32,000 bases of DNA, from NCBI GenBank assembly GCA_942493105.1, contig OW818668.1, positions 1,110,001 to 1,142,000 on the forward strand, read 5' to 3'. Shown here piece by piece: positions 1 through 7,982 of the stretch (position 1 is the first letter of the stretch; the number at the start of each line of letters is the position of its first letter). The translations under genes and the position numbers were made by a program. This stretch comes from an uncultured Erysipelotrichaceae bacterium. Its GTDB lineage: Bacteria > Bacillota_I > Bacilli_A > Erysipelotrichales > Erysipelotrichaceae. The notes below the pieces were generated by a model. That model saw only the letters and a program-made list of their open reading frames with translations, made no database searches and was not told the DNA's origin.

Positions 1-459
1 GAGTTGATTTGGATAAGAAGCGATACACCAGGTAATGTTGTCTTTCGCAATATAAGCTCGTATATGATTTCTTAAATCATTGGTGAAAGATTGAAGTGCA
101 CTAGAGGCAGCATTGGATACATCTTTGAATAGATAAGGATAAGCTGATTTGATGAGCAAAGAACAGGCACCTTGTTTAAGATAATGAAGACGAGATTCCT
201 TTTGCCAGTCTTTGACTTCTTTGATGTCATTTGGATCTAGGTTTAAACAACGTTCTTTATCGATGATCGCATCTGTGTAAAATACAATGACGTCCTTAGC
301 TTTACGTTTAAATGCTGCTTCAGTGCATGCTTGAACCAAAGGGTAGGCATCAACCGGAGCTTCGATGATGAGAATTTGATCGGCCTGTAGATTGACACCC
401 ATTTCAATCAATAGCTGTGCATATTTTGTAAGACGTTCATCGTGTGTGCTTACTTGCAT
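1..459 (-). CDS. M29-family aminopeptidase (AmpS/PepS/aminopeptidase T-like). Only the N-terminal 153 codons are present; the gene continues past the left window edge.
   Basis: Not in the ORF track because it is open at the edge. Reverse-strand translation from ATG (459-457) gives MQVSTHDERLTKYAQLLIEMGVNLQADQILIIEAPVDAYPLVQACTEAAFKRKAKDVIVFYTDAIIDKERCL..., with no stop down to nt 1. The opening pattern (L-x-KYA-x-LL-x-x-GVN-x-Q...L-x-I, then an A...V-x-V-x-x-D stretch) is the typical M29 aminopeptidase N-terminus, recognised from memory. The ATG overlaps the stop of the upstream gene by 10 nt (ATGCAAGTAA). Confidence 0.7.
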   Translation of the reverse strand, partial: MQVSTHDERLTKYAQLLIEMGVNLQADQILIIEAPVDAYPLVQACTEAAFKRKAKDVIVFYTDAIIDKERCLNLDPNDIKEVKDWQKESRLHYLKQGACSLLIKSAYPYLFKDVSNAASSALQSFTNDLRNHIRAYIAKDNITWCIASYPNQL

Positions 460-1619
460 ACATAGATTCCATTTTGACGGGTGGTTAAATATTCTGTTGT
501 TTCATGACCGATCAATGCCATGTCTTCTTGGCCAATACGACCATCTTTGAATTCAATGTTTATGTCGACTGTAAAGATCATCCCCACTTCCATATTGGCT
601 TCAACACGACCTAAATAGCGCTCCCACCTTGGACCCATCATGACTCCGCCATCGTGCGTTTCACGACCGACTTGATGACCAAACCCGAAGTTGAAATCTG
701 GATATCCAAAAGCTTTGATGGCTTCTCGTGCTGCTTCATCAGGGACGTAAGCTGGGGTATTGGGACGCATAAGGGCTAATCCCACATCTTGAGCTTTCTG
801 AATGTTGGTTAAGGCTTGTTGATAATGTTGAGGAACTTCGGTTTCACCATCGTTGAGCACATAGTAAACCCGTTGAATGTCTGAACAATAATCATCTACT
901 CTTACCCCAAAATCTAAAGTAACAAGTTCACCTTTTTTACAGGTATATTCACCAGGACCAGCGTGTCCCATTGGGGCATTTTTAAGCATGACGCCAGGAT
1001 TATGTTTTATTTCCCAGGCATTGCCTTGTTGATAATGGCGGATTCGATCTTGACAGAATTGATGAATTTCGATTTGTGATTTACCAGCTGTAATAAAGTC
1101 TTTTGCCTCAAGAAGAATTTTTTCTGTACACGCAATTGCTTTTTTGATGGCTGCTAGCTCAGAGCTTGTTTTGATGCCTCTTAATCGATTGATGATGCCT
1201 ACAGCACTGATGATTTCACCTTTATATCCAAACTCGTTAAATAGCTTGGTGAGAAATAAAAACATCCCATGAGTTAATCCATCACTTGCGACATCACTGG
1301 AATAGTTTAGTGCAATCTGTTGCGGTTTTAATCGATCTAAGAGCTCAAAGAAGGCGTCCTTAAAGGATTTATCATAAGAGATGACTTCATCATAGAGGGC
1401 TTGTTGTTGCATGCCATAGGCATCAAGATGTCCTGCTAAACAAATACTGAACTTAGGAGTAATGATGATGGCGGTGTTGCTACCTAATTGAAGGGTGGAT
1501 AAAAAGGGTAGAACAGGTTCTGAATTCATAACGGTTTCTCGACCGATGGTGATCCACATATCGATCTTAAGATCTTCTAAAATTCCTTTTGCTTGACTGA
1601 TTTTTTCTTTTTGTAACAT
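450..1619 (-). CDS. M24-family metallopeptidase (Xaa-Pro aminopeptidase/dipeptidase-like), type A paralogue
   Basis: The ORF track gives 450..1655. I prefer the ATG at 1619 (MLQKEKISQAKG...), which has AAAGGAG 6 nt upstream; the 1655 start would overlap the preceding gene by 26 nt. M24 metal-ligand pattern: LDFGVRVDDYCSDIQR (Asp, Asp), FGHQVGRETHDGG (His), FTVDINI (Asp where the paralogues have Glu), GQEDMALI (Glu). The N-terminal part is creatinase/prolidase-N-like. Confidence 0.85.
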   Translation of the reverse strand: MLQKEKISQAKGILEDLKIDMWITIGRETVMNSEPVLPFLSTLQLGSNTAIIITPKFSICLAGHLDAYGMQQQALYDEVISYDKSFKDAFFELLDRLKPQQIALNYSSDVASDGLTHGMFLFLTKLFNEFGYKGEIISAVGIINRLRGIKTSSELAAIKKAIACTEKILLEAKDFITAGKSQIEIHQFCQDRIRHYQQGNAWEIKHNPGVMLKNAPMGHAGPGEYTCKKGELVTLDFGVRVDDYCSDIQRVYYVLNDGETEVPQHYQQALTNIQKAQDVGLALMRPNTPAYVPDEAAREAIKAFGYPDFNFGFGHQVGRETHDGGVMMGPRWERYLGRVEANMEVGMIFTVDINIEFKDGRIGQEDMALIGHETTEYLTTRQNGIYVCK

Positions 1620-1629
1620 GTTGGCTCCT

Positions 1630-2772
1630 TTATAGCTCAAATCGAGACCGATCAAATTTTGATAAGAATTCTGCCCCAGTTTCAGTCACCAGGATCATAT
1701 CCTCTACACGCATATAACATTCATCCACAAAAAACATCTTTGGTTCACTACAGAAAACCATGCCTGGTTTTAGAATAAAGTCCACTGAACGATTGACCAT
1801 AGGGTGTTCATGACAATCGATACCAATCTGATGACCTAAGTTACCTTTCTCTTGGAAACGAAGATCCTTACCATATCCTAACTCTGTAACTTTCTTTAAT
1901 ACTAGATCATAAAGTTCATTGTTGTTGGTTTTATAAGGGACTATGCTTTCTACCATGAATTGTTGACCTGCTTGTAAAGCATGATAGGCATTTTTTATAT
2001 ATTCAGGTGCTTTTCCAAAATACAGTGTACGACCCCAATCGCTACAATAGCCATGATTCACATATCCAACATCAAACGCAATGGCTGTCCCTTCCACAAG
2101 AATACTATCTCTAGAAAAAGTTAAAGCTTCTTTTGCTGCTGGTGTGTTTCTTGTTTTTAGACCACAAGTTGGAGAAAAAGAGAAATCTGGGATCTTGTTT
2201 TGAAAGCCATAGTCCATAAGTAATTGTTCTATCTCTCTTTGTGTCATTCCTTGTTTAAGATGATCACATACATATTCCACGGCTTTGTCTGTAAATTCAG
2301 CATTTTGTCTTAAGATTGCGATTTCATTTTCATCTTTAATCGTACGCAGATCATTTAGAAATTCTTCAGCATCAATAATTTCAATATTTGGATCAATGGC
2401 CAACAAGGTATCTTTTAAGAAGTCATGACAGTTAAATCCAATACCAATCTTTTTTTCTTTAATAAAGACGGCCACAGTATCTTCCATTTGATCCATATAA
2501 GAAACAAAAAGATTTGGAAAACCATTAAAAGAATCTTTTAATGAAGGGACACAACAAACAAAACTTTCTCCTTTATAATTTAAATAAAAGAGGGCTTGCG
2601 GAACATTGAGTGCACTTGATTTACCTGAAATATTGTTCATACTGGTTCGTTGCCAGAAATAATCTGGACGATCTGCCAAGTATTGAAAATTGGCGCCTGT
2701 GGCATAAAGTAGGCCTGTAATTTTCTTTTCTTGCATGATTTTTAACGTATTCACGATTCGATTATTTTTCAT
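1630..2772 (-). CDS. M24-family metallopeptidase (PepP/PepQ-like Xaa-Pro peptidase), type B paralogue
   Basis: The ORF track gives 1630..2802. The ATG at 2772 (MKNNRIVNTLK...) is preceded by TAGGAGGTG, so it is the likely start. Ligand pattern: AFDVGYVNHGYCSDWGR (Asp, Asp), LGHQIGIDCHEHP (His), VFCSEPKMF (Glu), MRVEDMILVT (Glu). Confidence 0.85.
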   Translation of the reverse strand: MKNNRIVNTLKIMQEKKITGLLYATGANFQYLADRPDYFWQRTSMNNISGKSSALNVPQALFYLNYKGESFVCCVPSLKDSFNGFPNLFVSYMDQMEDTVAVFIKEKKIGIGFNCHDFLKDTLLAIDPNIEIIDAEEFLNDLRTIKDENEIAILRQNAEFTDKAVEYVCDHLKQGMTQREIEQLLMDYGFQNKIPDFSFSPTCGLKTRNTPAAKEALTFSRDSILVEGTAIAFDVGYVNHGYCSDWGRTLYFGKAPEYIKNAYHALQAGQQFMVESIVPYKTNNNELYDLVLKKVTELGYGKDLRFQEKGNLGHQIGIDCHEHPMVNRSVDFILKPGMVFCSEPKMFFVDECYMRVEDMILVTETGAEFLSKFDRSRFEL

Positions 2773-2805
2773 AATGACACCTCCTATAACATCATAACGC
2801 AAATG

Positions 2806-2820
2806 ATGTAAGATTTACAT
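2806..2820. promoter_or_regulatory. Perfect 6-3-6 palindrome ATGTAA-GAT-TTACAT (candidate operator)
   Basis: Read directly: ATGTAA at 2806-2811, GAT at 2812-2814, TTACAT at 2815-2820. It lies about 35 bp upstream of the minus-strand gene start. Confidence 0.35.
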
Positions 2821-2825
2821 CCTTT

Positions 2826-2854
2826 ATGTAAATTTGTAATGTAAATAAATGTAA
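2826..2854 (+). repeat. Direct ATGTAA hexamer repeats at 2826, 2839 and 2849, with a TTGTAA variant at 2834
   Basis: Read directly from tATGTAAatTTGTAATGTAAataaATGTAAtttt. All copies share the orientation of the left palindrome arm at 2806. The repeat is real; its function is unknown. Confidence 0.5.
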
Positions 2855-2867
2855 TTTTGTGAAATTA
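2853..2867. promoter_or_regulatory. CodY-box-like 15-mer AATTTTGTGAAATTA
   Basis: Three mismatches to the Firmicute CodY consensus AATTTTCWGAAAATT. It sits just upstream of the -35 candidate of the M24-opp operon. Peptide transport and peptidase genes are classical CodY targets. Confidence 0.3.
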
Positions 2868-2930
2868 TTGTTGAAAGTCGTATCAAATTAGGTTAGACTT
2901 GATATATTAAAACGAGAAGGGAGATTCAAG

Positions 2931-4115
2931 ATGGCAATCTTTAAGGAAAAAATTACTGTTGCCTATGATGCACTCAAGGCCAATGACATTGATCTGTGGA
3001 TCATTGCGGGTCAAGAATCTGCAACCAATTCTGAACCAATGTTGGCCTGTTTGGGTGAGTTTGAATTCATAGGGTTAACAGCCTTGTTGTTTTGCAAAGA
3101 TCAAACAAGTGCTGTTATTTGTACACCGATCGATGCAGATGGCTATAAAAGGCTCAATGCTTTTAATGAAATCATTCCTTTTCCAATCAGTTTTGTAAAA
3201 ACACTCAGTGAGTTTTTAAAAGCTAAACAGCCTAAGAAGATCGCAATAGATTATTCTGTCAACAATCCAGCCAGTGATGGATTGACTGTAGGGATATTCA
3301 ATCTATTGAAAGAAGCACTGTCTTTGTCTCAATGTAAAGCTGAGTTTGTCTCTGCTGAACCGTTGGTCAATCTTGTTAGAGGAATCAAAACTGATGATGA
3401 ATTGGCACGAATCAAGAAGGCATGTGCCAGTGCAGAAGTAATATTCAATGATGCCAAGCACTTTATCAAAGCAGGCATGAATTGCCAAGATGTGTATAAA
3501 TTCTTTCAAGATCAAGTTAAACTGAAAGGCTTTGGTTATTCATGGCCAAGTTCCTGTAATCCTGGAGTATTTTCGGGCTTTGGTTGTCCAAGCGGTCATA
3601 TGGGTGCGCCAGACTTCCCCATTAAAAAAGGGGATGTCGTCAACATCGACTTTGGAATCATCGTAGATGGTTACGGCTGTGATCTACAGCGTATGTACTA
3701 TGTCCTTGATGATCATGAGACAGATGCTCCCGAAGAAGTCAAAAAAGCCTTCAATACCGTTCGTGATGCCATTACCTTGGCCGCAAAAGCTTTAGTACCC
3801 AACACAACCGGTTTCAAAGTTGATAAAGTGGCACGAGACTATATCGTTTCTCAAGGATATCCTGAATGGAATGCTGCACTAGGCCATCAGATGGGCCGAG
3901 TTGCTCATGATGGAGGCCCATTATTGGCACCTGAAAGACCAAGATATAACCGTCCTGAATTGATTCATGCTCCACTTCATAAAGGTTATGTATTTACACT
4001 AGAACCAGGTGTTCCTACAAGTCGTGGAAGAATTGGACTTGAAGAAGATGTCGTAGTTACTGAAAACGGAGCTGAGTTCTTAACGCCACCACAACAAGCT
4101 TTGTATTTAATTTAA
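2931..4115 (+). CDS. M24-family metallopeptidase (Xaa-Pro peptidase-like), type A paralogue; first gene of the opp operon
   Basis: 394-aa ORF with a good SD. NIDFGIIVDGYGCDLQR (Asp, Asp), LGHQMGRVAHDGGP (His), FTLEPGV (Glu), GLEEDVVVT (Glu). Clearly paralogous to 9670..10857 and 450..1619. Confidence 0.9.
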   Translation: MAIFKEKITVAYDALKANDIDLWIIAGQESATNSEPMLACLGEFEFIGLTALLFCKDQTSAVICTPIDADGYKRLNAFNEIIPFPISFVKTLSEFLKAKQPKKIAIDYSVNNPASDGLTVGIFNLLKEALSLSQCKAEFVSAEPLVNLVRGIKTDDELARIKKACASAEVIFNDAKHFIKAGMNCQDVYKFFQDQVKLKGFGYSWPSSCNPGVFSGFGCPSGHMGAPDFPIKKGDVVNIDFGIIVDGYGCDLQRMYYVLDDHETDAPEEVKKAFNTVRDAITLAAKALVPNTTGFKVDKVARDYIVSQGYPEWNAALGHQMGRVAHDGGPLLAPERPRYNRPELIHAPLHKGYVFTLEPGVPTSRGRIGLEEDVVVTENGAEFLTPPQQALYLI

Positions 4116-4126
4116 AGGGGATAAAA

Positions 4127-5050
4127 ATGACGAAATATATCATAAAAAGAATTTTAATCGGAGTACTGACGCTTTTTATCTTGGCTTCGATCACTTTCTT
4201 AGTCATGAAAATCATCCCTGGTAATCCGTTTTCTGAAGACAATAAGATTTTAACCCCACAAACCTATGAAGCATTGAGAATCAAATATGGACTTGATAAA
4301 CCAGTTTTCGAACAGTTCTTCATCTATTTAAACAATGCCATTCATGGAGATTTTGGTGAATCCATTTCTAAGAAGGGTCAACAAGTTTTAGCAATCGTCT
4401 TACGCAGAGCTCCAGTCACTGCTCAACTTGGCGTCATTGCATCACTCATTGCCATTTCAGTTGGGACAGGCTTAGGCATCATCGCAGCATTGACTAAAAA
4501 ACGTTGGGTCACTGGATTAATCACAGGATTTGCGACCATTGGGGTTTCCATACCAAGCTTTATGTTGGCCTTACTGGCAATGATCTTGTTTGGAGTCGTA
4601 TTAAGATGGTTACCTTTAGTGGGACTAAAAACTCCATTACACTATATTATGCCTTCCATTGCATTGGCTTTAAATCCGATCTCGACGATTACTCGTTTAA
4701 CCAAAGTAAGTTTAAAAGAAGAAATGAATAAAGATTATATCATTCTAGCCAAATCTAAAGGAACACCTGTGAAGTGGGTCATCATCAAGCATGGTCTAAA
4801 AAATGCTCTGCTTCCTGTCATTACCTATATCGGTCCTATGTTTGCATTCTTGATTACCGGAAGTTTCGTTATAGAAAGTTTATTCTCGATTCCTGGGATT
4901 GGTTCTGAATTTACCAGCAGTGTTATCAATCGAGATTATACCTTGATTATGGGCTTGACCCTGTTTCTTGGGGCCATCGTCATCTTTATGAATCTTGTGA
5001 CAGATATCGTAGCAGCGCTTGTAGATCCGCGCATAAAGCTCGGAAAGTAG
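4127..5050 (+). CDS. oppB: Oligopeptide/dipeptide ABC transporter permease (OppB/DppB type)
   Basis: 307-aa polytopic membrane protein. It opens with MTKYIIKRILIGVLTLFILASITFLVMKIIPGNP, typical of OppB, and ends with ...DIVAALVDPRIKL. SD AAGGGG. It is followed by oppC, oppD and oppF. Confidence 0.9.
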   Translation: MTKYIIKRILIGVLTLFILASITFLVMKIIPGNPFSEDNKILTPQTYEALRIKYGLDKPVFEQFFIYLNNAIHGDFGESISKKGQQVLAIVLRRAPVTAQLGVIASLIAISVGTGLGIIAALTKKRWVTGLITGFATIGVSIPSFMLALLAMILFGVVLRWLPLVGLKTPLHYIMPSIALALNPISTITRLTKVSLKEEMNKDYIILAKSKGTPVKWVIIKHGLKNALLPVITYIGPMFAFLITGSFVIESLFSIPGIGSEFTSSVINRDYTLIMGLTLFLGAIVIFMNLVTDIVAALVDPRIKLGK

Positions 5051-5056
5051 GAAACT

Positions 5057-5986
5057 ATGTCTCAACTAAAAGAACTGCAACTGACACCAGATTTGTTTGA
5101 AAAACTGGATGACAGTGAAAAGAATTCTGAATTTATCGCCATGGAAAGTAAAACCTTCGCCCAAGATGCTTGGGGTCGGTTCAGTAAGAATAAGCTTGCC
5201 TTGTTTGGACTCGTCTTTGTATCAATTATTATCATACTAGCGATCCTTGTCCCGCTTTTATCCAAGTATGGATATGAAACGCAAGATTTGCAGAATCGCA
5301 ATGCATTGCCTTCATTGGATCATTTGTTGGGCACAGATAAATTGGGCCGAGATATTCTGGTTAGAGTCATGTATGGCGCACGTATTTCGTTATCTATCGG
5401 ATTTGCATCAGCCATCATCAACTTATTTATTGGTGTATTCTATGGAGGTTTAGCAGGTTATGTGGGTGGAAAAGTCGATATGTTCTTGATGAGAACCGTT
5501 GACATCATCTATTCTGTACCGGGCTTACTGTATGTCATCTTGATTCTGATGGTCTTTGGAAACAATGCGACCAGTATGTTGATTGCCATCTCGGTGACTT
5601 CATGGGTCAATATGGCCAGACAAGTTCGATCTCAAGTTATGTCTTTAAAAGAAACTGAGTTTGCGATGGCAGCGAAAGTCATTGGGGCCAGTCACTATCG
5701 GATCTTGATGAAACACTTGGTCATCAATGCGGTAGGTCCAATCATTGTTACTTTAACGATGATGGTTCCTTCAGCGATCTTTACAGAATCCTTCTTAAGC
5801 TTTGTAGGGATTGGGATCACAGCCCCGCAATCAAGCTGGGGTGTATTACTTAATGAATCTCGTTCATTGGTATTTACAAATCCAATTCAAATCATTTGGC
5901 CAGTTATGGCAATGAGTTTAACGATCCTGTCATTAAACTTTGTTGGAGATGGTGCTGGAGAAGCACTGGATCCAAACAGTCACTAG
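5057..5986 (+). CDS. oppC: Oligopeptide/dipeptide ABC transporter permease (OppC/DppC type)
   Basis: 309 aa. N-terminal cytoplasmic segment followed by TM helices. It has the LGTDKLGRDILVRV motif typical of OppC/DppC and ends with ...NFVGDGAGEALDP. Confidence 0.9.
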   Translation: MSQLKELQLTPDLFEKLDDSEKNSEFIAMESKTFAQDAWGRFSKNKLALFGLVFVSIIIILAILVPLLSKYGYETQDLQNRNALPSLDHLLGTDKLGRDILVRVMYGARISLSIGFASAIINLFIGVFYGGLAGYVGGKVDMFLMRTVDIIYSVPGLLYVILILMVFGNNATSMLIAISVTSWVNMARQVRSQVMSLKETEFAMAAKVIGASHYRILMKHLVINAVGPIIVTLTMMVPSAIFTESFLSFVGIGITAPQSSWGVLLNESRSLVFTNPIQIIWPVMAMSLTILSLNFVGDGAGEALDPNSH

Positions 5987-5995
5987 GAGGACCTC

Positions 5996-6997
5996 ATGCC
6001 ACTACTTGAAATAAAGCATTTATCAACAGAATTTGTTACAGAACAAGGCATTGTACAAGCCGTTAGAGATGTTTCATTGACCTTAGAACAAGGTGAAGTC
6101 TTAGGAGTCGTTGGAGAATCCGGTTCAGGTAAATCTCAAACCATGTTTTCTTTGATGGGACTATTGGCAGATAACGGTAGAGTAACTGCCGGTTCAATCA
6201 TCTTTGATGGTCAAGACATCTCACGCTCTAGTTTTAAAACCAAGAAAGAATATGAAACAGTATTACAGGGACTACGTGGTAATTCGATGTCGATGATCTT
6301 CCAAGATCCCATGACCTTTCTCAATCAAATCATGCGGATCGAAGATCAAATGATTGAACCAATGCTCAATCATACCAAGATGACTCGAAAAGAAGCGAAA
6401 GAAAAAGCACTCGACTTGATGAGAAAAGTTGGGATCGCTTCACCTGAAAAACGCATCAGGCAGTATCCCTTTGAATTCTCTGGAGGAATGCGTCAACGCA
6501 TCATCATTGCGATTGCTTTGGCCAACAATCCTAAATTGATCATCGCAGATGAACCTACCACGGCCTTGGATGTTACCATTCAAGCTCAGGTCTTAGAATT
6601 GATCGATAGCTTACGTGAAGACAGTTCTTCAGCAATCATCATGATTACGCATAACTTAGGAGTTGTTGCGAAGTTGTGTGATCGCGTTGCAATCATGTAT
6701 GGTGGAAAAATCGTTGAGATCGGAACTGATGAAGAAATCTTCTATGATCCAAAACATCCCTACACCATTGGCCTATTAAGTTGTATCGCTCATCCTGAAG
6801 AAGAGAATACCCAACAAATCAAACCGATCCCAGGGTCACCCCCAGATTTGATGAATCCCCCGAAAGGCTGTCCATTTGTGGATCGATGTGAGAAAGCCAT
6901 GAAAATATGCAAACTGCATATGCCTGAAGTTAAAGAATTTAGTGCAACTCATCAGAGTCGTTGCTGGTTAAACCATGATAAAGCGGTAAAGCTATGA
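5996..6997 (+). CDS. oppD: Oligopeptide ABC transporter ATP-binding protein OppD
   Basis: Walker A GESGSGKS, signature FSGGMRQR, Walker B LIIADEPTTALD. The Opp-type C-terminal extension has C-x5-C-x6-C-x17-C. SD AGGAGG. Confidence 0.9.
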   Translation: MPLLEIKHLSTEFVTEQGIVQAVRDVSLTLEQGEVLGVVGESGSGKSQTMFSLMGLLADNGRVTAGSIIFDGQDISRSSFKTKKEYETVLQGLRGNSMSMIFQDPMTFLNQIMRIEDQMIEPMLNHTKMTRKEAKEKALDLMRKVGIASPEKRIRQYPFEFSGGMRQRIIIAIALANNPKLIIADEPTTALDVTIQAQVLELIDSLREDSSSAIIMITHNLGVVAKLCDRVAIMYGGKIVEIGTDEEIFYDPKHPYTIGLLSCIAHPEEENTQQIKPIPGSPPDLMNPPKGCPFVDRCEKAMKICKLHMPEVKEFSATHQSRCWLNHDKAVKL

Positions 6998-7971
6998 GCC
7001 AGAAACCCATTCTAAAAGTGACAAACCTAAAGACTTACTTTGATGTCACAAAAGGTTTATTTGCGAAGAAGCAAATCGTTAAAGCTGTAGATGATGTGAG
7101 TTTTGAAGTCATGCCCAATGAAACATTTGGACTGGTTGGAGAATCCGGTTGTGGAAAGTCTACCTTAGGACGTACGATCGTTAAGCTCTATGATCCAAAT
7201 TCTGGGTCAATCGAATTTGAAGGACGTGATATAGCACGTTTAAAAGGGAAAGACGTTAAGGAATATCATAAGGATGTTCAAATGATCTTCCAAGATCCGT
7301 ATGCTTCTTTGAATCCAAGAATGACAGTAGGTGAAATCATCAAAGAACCAATGGTCATCCATAACATCTATGGTTCAGATGAAGAACGTGAAGCAAAGGC
7401 TGTGGAGTTGATTAAGATCGTTGGTTTGAAACCAGATCATATTCGACGTTATCCTTATGAATTCTCAGGGGGACAACGTCAAAGAATCGGGATTGCCAGA
7501 GCGCTAGCGCTTAACCCAAAGTTTATTGTCTGTGATGAACCGATCTCAGCTTTGGATGTTTCAATCCAAGCCCAAATCATCAATCTATTGGAGAAAATCC
7601 AAGATGAACTTGGATTATCCTACTTGTTTATAGCCCATGATCTAAGTATGGTCAAACATATTTCAGATCGAATCGGTGTCATGTATCTTGGGCACATCGT
7701 GGAATGCGGACCGAGCAATGATGTTTATCATCGCCCTCTACATCCATACACCGTTGCATTATTGTCGGCGATCCCAATTCCGGATCCTAAAATAGCCAAG
7801 GCAAAAAACAGAATTGTACTCGATGGTGAAATCCCTAGCCCCATTAATCCACCGAGCGGTTGTGTTTTTAGTACAAGGTGTCCCAAAGCTACTGAACGAT
7901 GCCATCTAGAGAAACCGCAGATGGTACAAGTTGGAACCCGACAAGTTTCATGTTTCTTATACGAAAAATAG
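6994..7971 (+). CDS. oppF: Oligopeptide ABC transporter ATP-binding protein OppF
   Basis: Walker [10 protein letters not shown], signature FSGGQRQR, Walker [14 protein letters not shown]-terminal C-x5-C-x6-C-x16-C. ATGA start/stop overlap with oppD. Confidence 0.9.
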   Translation: MSQKPILKVTNLKTYFDVTKGLFAKKQIVKAVDDVSFEVMPNETFGLVGESGCGKSTLGRTIVKLYDPNSGSIEFEGRDIARLKGKDVKEYHKDVQMIFQDPYASLNPRMTVGEIIKEPMVIHNIYGSDEEREAKAVELIKIVGLKPDHIRRYPYEFSGGQRQRIGIARALALNPKFIVCDEPISALDVSIQAQIINLLEKIQDELGLSYLFIAHDLSMVKHISDRIGVMYLGHIVECGPSNDVYHRPLHPYTVALLSAIPIPDPKIAKAKNRIVLDGEIPSPINPPSGCVFSTRCPKATERCHLEKPQMVQVGTRQVSCFLYEK

Positions 7972-7982
7972 GAGGAGGAAAA

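Larger units (their letters stand above)
2773..2930. promoter_or_regulatory. Divergent promoter/operator region between the minus-strand M24-M24-M29 operon and the plus-strand M24-opp operon
   Basis: A 158-bp AT-rich gap between divergent starts. Plus-strand promoter candidates are TTGAAA (2871-2876), 17 nt, TAGACT (2894-2899), or an extended -10 TGaTATATT (2900-2908). The SD GAAGGGAG lies at 2916-2923. The gap also contains an ATGTAA repeat array, a palindrome and a CodY-like box, listed separately. Confidence 0.5.

Noticed and set aside
1620-1655. N-terminal extensions offered by the ORF track: 1655 for the M24 gene, 2802 for the next M24, 7899 for oppA, 14283 for the type C M24, 21187 for kbaZ and 27865 for gntR.
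   Set aside because: In each case a downstream start codon has a properly spaced AGGAGG-type SD. That start also gives the canonical family N-terminus (lipoprotein signal for OppA, MKH.. for KbaZ, ..PLYKQI.. for GntR). The longer versions overlap the preceding gene or a terminator stem.
2807-2819. TnrA/GlnR nitrogen-regulator box (TGTNA-N7-TNACA) in the palindrome TGTAA-GAT-TTACA.
   Set aside because: The half-sites match, but the spacer is 3 nt instead of 7. The geometry is therefore wrong for TnrA/GlnR.
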